Source: Dimorphilus gyrociliatus (taxonomy: Eukaryota > Animalia > Annelida). From it: a DNA stretch of 64,000 nt. Positions 60,119 to 64,000 of this stretch are shown piece by piece. How positions within the stretch are numbered: position 1 is the first letter of the stretch; every line of letters begins with the position of its first letter. Below the pieces are notes generated by a model, which searched no databases, had not been told where the DNA came from, and saw only the letters and a program-made list of their open reading frames with translations. The translations under genes were made by a program, and so were the position numbers. The stretch covers positions 434,001-498,000 of the forward strand of contig CAJFCJ010000022.1 in NCBI GenBank assembly GCA_904063045.1. Reading direction: 5' to 3'.

Positions 60119-61651
60119 TTTATGCATAAATTTCTATACTGCACTTAAATAGGAAATGTCGATTTGTAAATTTCAACTAATATAATAATATTGAAATTTA
60201 TTTATATAGATGAGTCATGACCTTATCGGCTGTAAGATTACATTTTCACCTTAATTTATAGTGACATTAAGGTGAATGATTATCTTTTCCGCTTAAAATA
60301 ACTCATTTTCAATAAGTTTCTAATTTCTTGAATAAACCAGAATTGAATTAAAATAGCGTATGAAAAATTGCATTCATATTAGTCTATTCATATGACGTAA
60401 TTAGTTGAATTAATAGCTGTTGCTTTAATTCTATTTCCGGTTAGTTTGTTTTAAATATATATTACAAAAATGCTAATAATCCGAATTGAATAAATTCTTA
60501 ATTCAGTGTGATGTAAATATATTAAAATATTTCGCAACCAACTATCAACAGAACTAATAATAGAAACGATTAAATTCTTTTCTCTGTTGCTTCTTCTCTA
60601 TTATGATAAAGAATTGTTAGAAGAGTTCTATATACTGTATATCCTTTTTGTCCAATAGATTTGCTCTATCCTACTATTTCTTTATTTTGAGATGAACTTA
60701 TAAAAAGCCTACCAAAATAGATTACATTACGGTGGTCACTTTGCTAAATTTGACCTAAAAATGTCTCGTCTTGTCTGCGAGAGAGAGTCGTTTGTTTCTA
60801 AAATCTATGTGAATTCTATACTTAACTATAAAGATAACAACGAGTAAATTCCTACAAGGGATAAGGAGAGGAAGAGAGAGAGAGAGAGAGAGGAAGGGGA
60901 AAGATATGGACAATTGAAGAGAAAAACACTTTTGCAGCAAAAGACATTTGAATAATAATGAATTCCAATTTATAATAAAGCTTTTAAACTTTTGATGACA
61001 TTTTGAACGTTTCCATAGACAAACTCTTAGCATCTTTTCAATTAAAGATAAGATAAGGGAAGACATTGAAGTAAAATAAGATACTTTATATATTGCTAGT
61101 AAGTTTTAAGTAAAGAAATATATTCAAGGAAATGACGTTTCCCTTGTATTTTTGTACACAATTCAAAACAACGCCTCAGTTTTTAACCCAAGCAGAAGAC
61201 TTTTCTTAGATTTTTCATACGCGGTGAAAAAAGCCGCCATTTTCCCTCGAACTACTTTAAGCCCTCTTACTATTTTAAGTAAAAGTTTCAGTTGAACACA
61301 ATTCAGCGGGTAAGTGTCATGAATCTTTCCCTTTCAAGCAAACTAACAATAACTCCTTCATTTCAATTCTTTAACTTTCTTTTCTCTTGTCAACGTCTCA
61401 AAGTTGTTGCAAACTCACCTATTTTTCTAAAATTTAACCTCATTTTCTCTTCGCTTTGTTAACTTTTTCACCCTACAGGTGTCACTTTAGCACATTTGTT
61501 CCAGTTTCTGAACCCTTAGCCTATTGAGCAATTGCAAAAAAATACAGTAGATATTTTATATAAAATCATTCGCTGCAATTGTCTCTTCCTAAGACTTCCC
61601 AAGTAACAACCCAGTTTAGGCCTTTTTCAAAAGTTTCCTTTAATCCTAGAT

Positions 61652-63685
61652 ATGGCAACCTTTGGAGATAGTCTACTATATGGAAAATTAATAAATCTAC
61701 AAGAGTTCATTAATCGAATTAGTACAATCGTTACTGAAGATATCAAATCAATATATGAAGAAAACAAATATGTTTCCTTGACGATTGTCAGTTTATCTGC
61801 CTGTTCTCTGGCTCTTGCTTTTCAAAAATATAGCAAAAGAAACTCGGAAAAAAAGATACAAGGACCATTCAAATGGCCAATTGTTGGCAACTACTTTCAA
61901 AATAGACATCTACCAATACATCAAAGATTTACCAAATGGGCTGAGGAGTATGGAGGAGTGGCCATAGTCAATTTTCTAGGAAAAAAATTTATTATTGCAT
62001 CATCTTATGAGGCGGTACATGAAGTCCTTCTTGAAAAATCAACAGATTTTGCAGGAAGGTTAGAACCTTTTAGAATTGCCGTAAGCTGCACATTCAAACG
62101 GTTTCCTTATTAATTAAACAATCCATTTATTTCGTTTCAAAGCTTTCATACGATCTTCCGAATGATTTAATATTTACAAGTTTCTCACCCGAATGGAACG
62201 CAAGGAAGAAGTTGGCTATGAAATCAATGAAGGTTCCTTATTCAATTCACTTTGAATACTCTAATTCACTCGCTAAAATATTCGTATTCTTGTTTAGATG
62301 TATGGAGAAGGCTTGGAAGATCTCGAAAGGGTAACTGATCAAGTACTCGATGACTTTTTCAAAAACATCGATGAAAAACAAGGTCAACCTTGGGTGATTA
62401 ACGAAGATATCATCAATTGTTTCGTCAACATCATCTTTACTTTGGTATATATTTTCTCTTCATATCACTTGTCTCTATAGTATTATCTTTCTATCCACTT
62501 TTTTTATAATATAGGCTCTTGGAAAACGATTACCATGGAATGACCCAGCAATAGGTTTCTTGAAGAAAAATTTCGATGCTGCCACTCCATCTCAAATATC
62601 ACCGGAAGGGATTATTTTGGACATATTCCCTTTCTTATGGAAGATGAATTTTCCAAGCAAAATATGCTCGGATTTACAAAAAGGTTTAGACGCCAACAAA
62701 TGGTTTAAGAACGAAATTGACGAACAATTGGTAAACTAATAAATTCACTTTTAATCCACTTTAAACTTTCTATTATTATGTTGATTATAAACAGAAAACA
62801 TTCGAAGCCAATAAGCCACGTGGCTACTTGGACCTATTCTATCAAGAATATCTAAATGAGCAGAAATTGGATTCAAAGACAAAGATATCTTATCCTCAAC
62901 TTGTTATGATGACTATTCAAACTTTGGTTGCCGGTAATTTCTCTTCATTTTTCAATCAATGACATAATAGCAACTGTTTGAAATTTTTTATTTAACCCAA
63001 TTGCCACTAGGTTACGCTACTACTGCTACTGCCGTAACTTGTTTTATTCAATTAATGCTAAGATATCCAGAAATTCAAGAAAAGATTTATCAAGAAATCA
63101 TTGATAATGTAGGAAATGATAGACGTCCAAATATCAATGATAAAAATAATCATCATTATCTAATGGTATTGCGTTAAATTGAACAATTTGTAAACCGTTT
63201 CACAATTCGCTTTATCTCTTCCTTAGGCTTCAATATATGAGCTTTTACGATTCATCAGTCATGTTCCTATGGCAGGGCACAGGGCTATTAAAAATACTAC
63301 TTTGCTTGGATACAAAGTTCCAAAGGATCACAAAGTGTTCGTTTCTATGTGGGGTCTACACCACGATGAGAAAATCTTTCCAGAACCGTACAAGTTTAAG
63401 CCTGAAAGATATTTAGAAGAAAACGGGGAGTTTGTTGCACCGGGACATCCTTGCAGAAAAGCTCTATTTGCCTTTGGAGCCGGTAGACGTGTTTGTTTGG
63501 GAGAAACTTTGGCAAAGAATCGATTGTTTCTTGTGATAGGAGCATTGGTTCAGAACTATAAATTCCTTCCAGGAAATGGTAAGGACGTAGGAGAGGATGT
63601 AGATCCTAGAGACTATAAATTTGGAATCGTACTCAATCCAGGAGATCTAAATGTTCGAATGATAAGGAGAAACGGTAAAACTTAG
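61652..63685 (+). CDS. Cytochrome P450, clan-2-like, copy B, 7 exons
   Basis: Same motifs and intron positions as copy A; distinct exon 1 and SRS5 region. Confidence 0.93.
62102..63171 (+). repeat. Second copy of the near-identical P450 tract
   Basis: See 57714-58784; a second shared tract is 58974-59327 vs 63350-63703. Confidence 0.9.
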
Positions 63686-64000
63686 GCGAAAACTATGAGA
63701 ATGTATGCACAGAGATTTAATCAGCCACCTTTTCATGTATATTGCTGTTGTATTAAATTTATCTAGATTTTAATAAACGAAAACTGAATTGAACTGAATT
63801 GACTTCTTCATGCAAAAAATAAGGGATAAATTTTCATTGATTTATCCTTTTTATCTGAAAATTGGCTGATAAAGCGTAATATTTCGTAACAAGTCAAATA
63901 ATGGACATTAATGCCAATCACTCATTATATATGTAATCTATAAAACATTAAATCCATTGAATAAACTGCTCTACTTTAATCTTAAAGCTTAGATAGTGTT

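Noticed and set aside
60241-60278. 11-bp perfect hairpin TTCACCTTAAT/ATTAAGGTGAA
   Set aside because: Isolated and AT-rich, too short for a pre-miRNA or MITE, no target-site duplication.
1-64000. tRNA, rRNA, CRISPR arrays, U12-type introns, intact transposases
   Set aside because: No cloverleaf or GGTTCGA T-loop outside exons, no repeat-spacer array, no RTATCCTT donor at an intron boundary, no transposase or RT ORF.

Overview
AT-rich eukaryotic (animal, probably lophotrochozoan) genomic DNA with many 50-75 nt GT-AG introns. This fits a miniaturised genome such as that of a meiofaunal annelid, but the taxon is an inference. Gene order: 3' part of a lectin-like (F5/8-FTP) + PAN gene (+, with an apparent frameshift), intronless class-A GPCR (+), intronless PLP-dependent alpha-oxoamine synthase (+), SLC5 Na+/sugar cotransporter (-), LARP1 (-), GEN1 (+), second intronless GPCR (-), ~10 kb without a recognisable gene, a 4-exon orphan gene (-), GRAF-type BAR-PH-RhoGAP-SH3 (+), SLC18B1-like MFS transporter (-), GH29 alpha-L-fucosidase (+), and two tandem clan-2-like P450s (+) with a dead P450 3' fragment between them. 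Highlights: (1) the synthase at 11388-12683 carries the motifs of bacterial CqsA/LqsA quorum-sensing autoinducer synthases, has a mitochondrial-type presequence and sits among animal genes, so it is a candidate domesticated horizontal transfer; (2) a box H/ACA snoRNA in a LARP1 intron whose ACA box is the intron's own 3' splice site; (3) mosaic near-identity between the two P450s; (4) abundant TA-CAG/CTG-TA motifs resembling Tc1/mariner excision footprints. No tRNA, rRNA or CRISPR array was seen. Reference sequences used for comparison were recalled from memory, not aligned by software.
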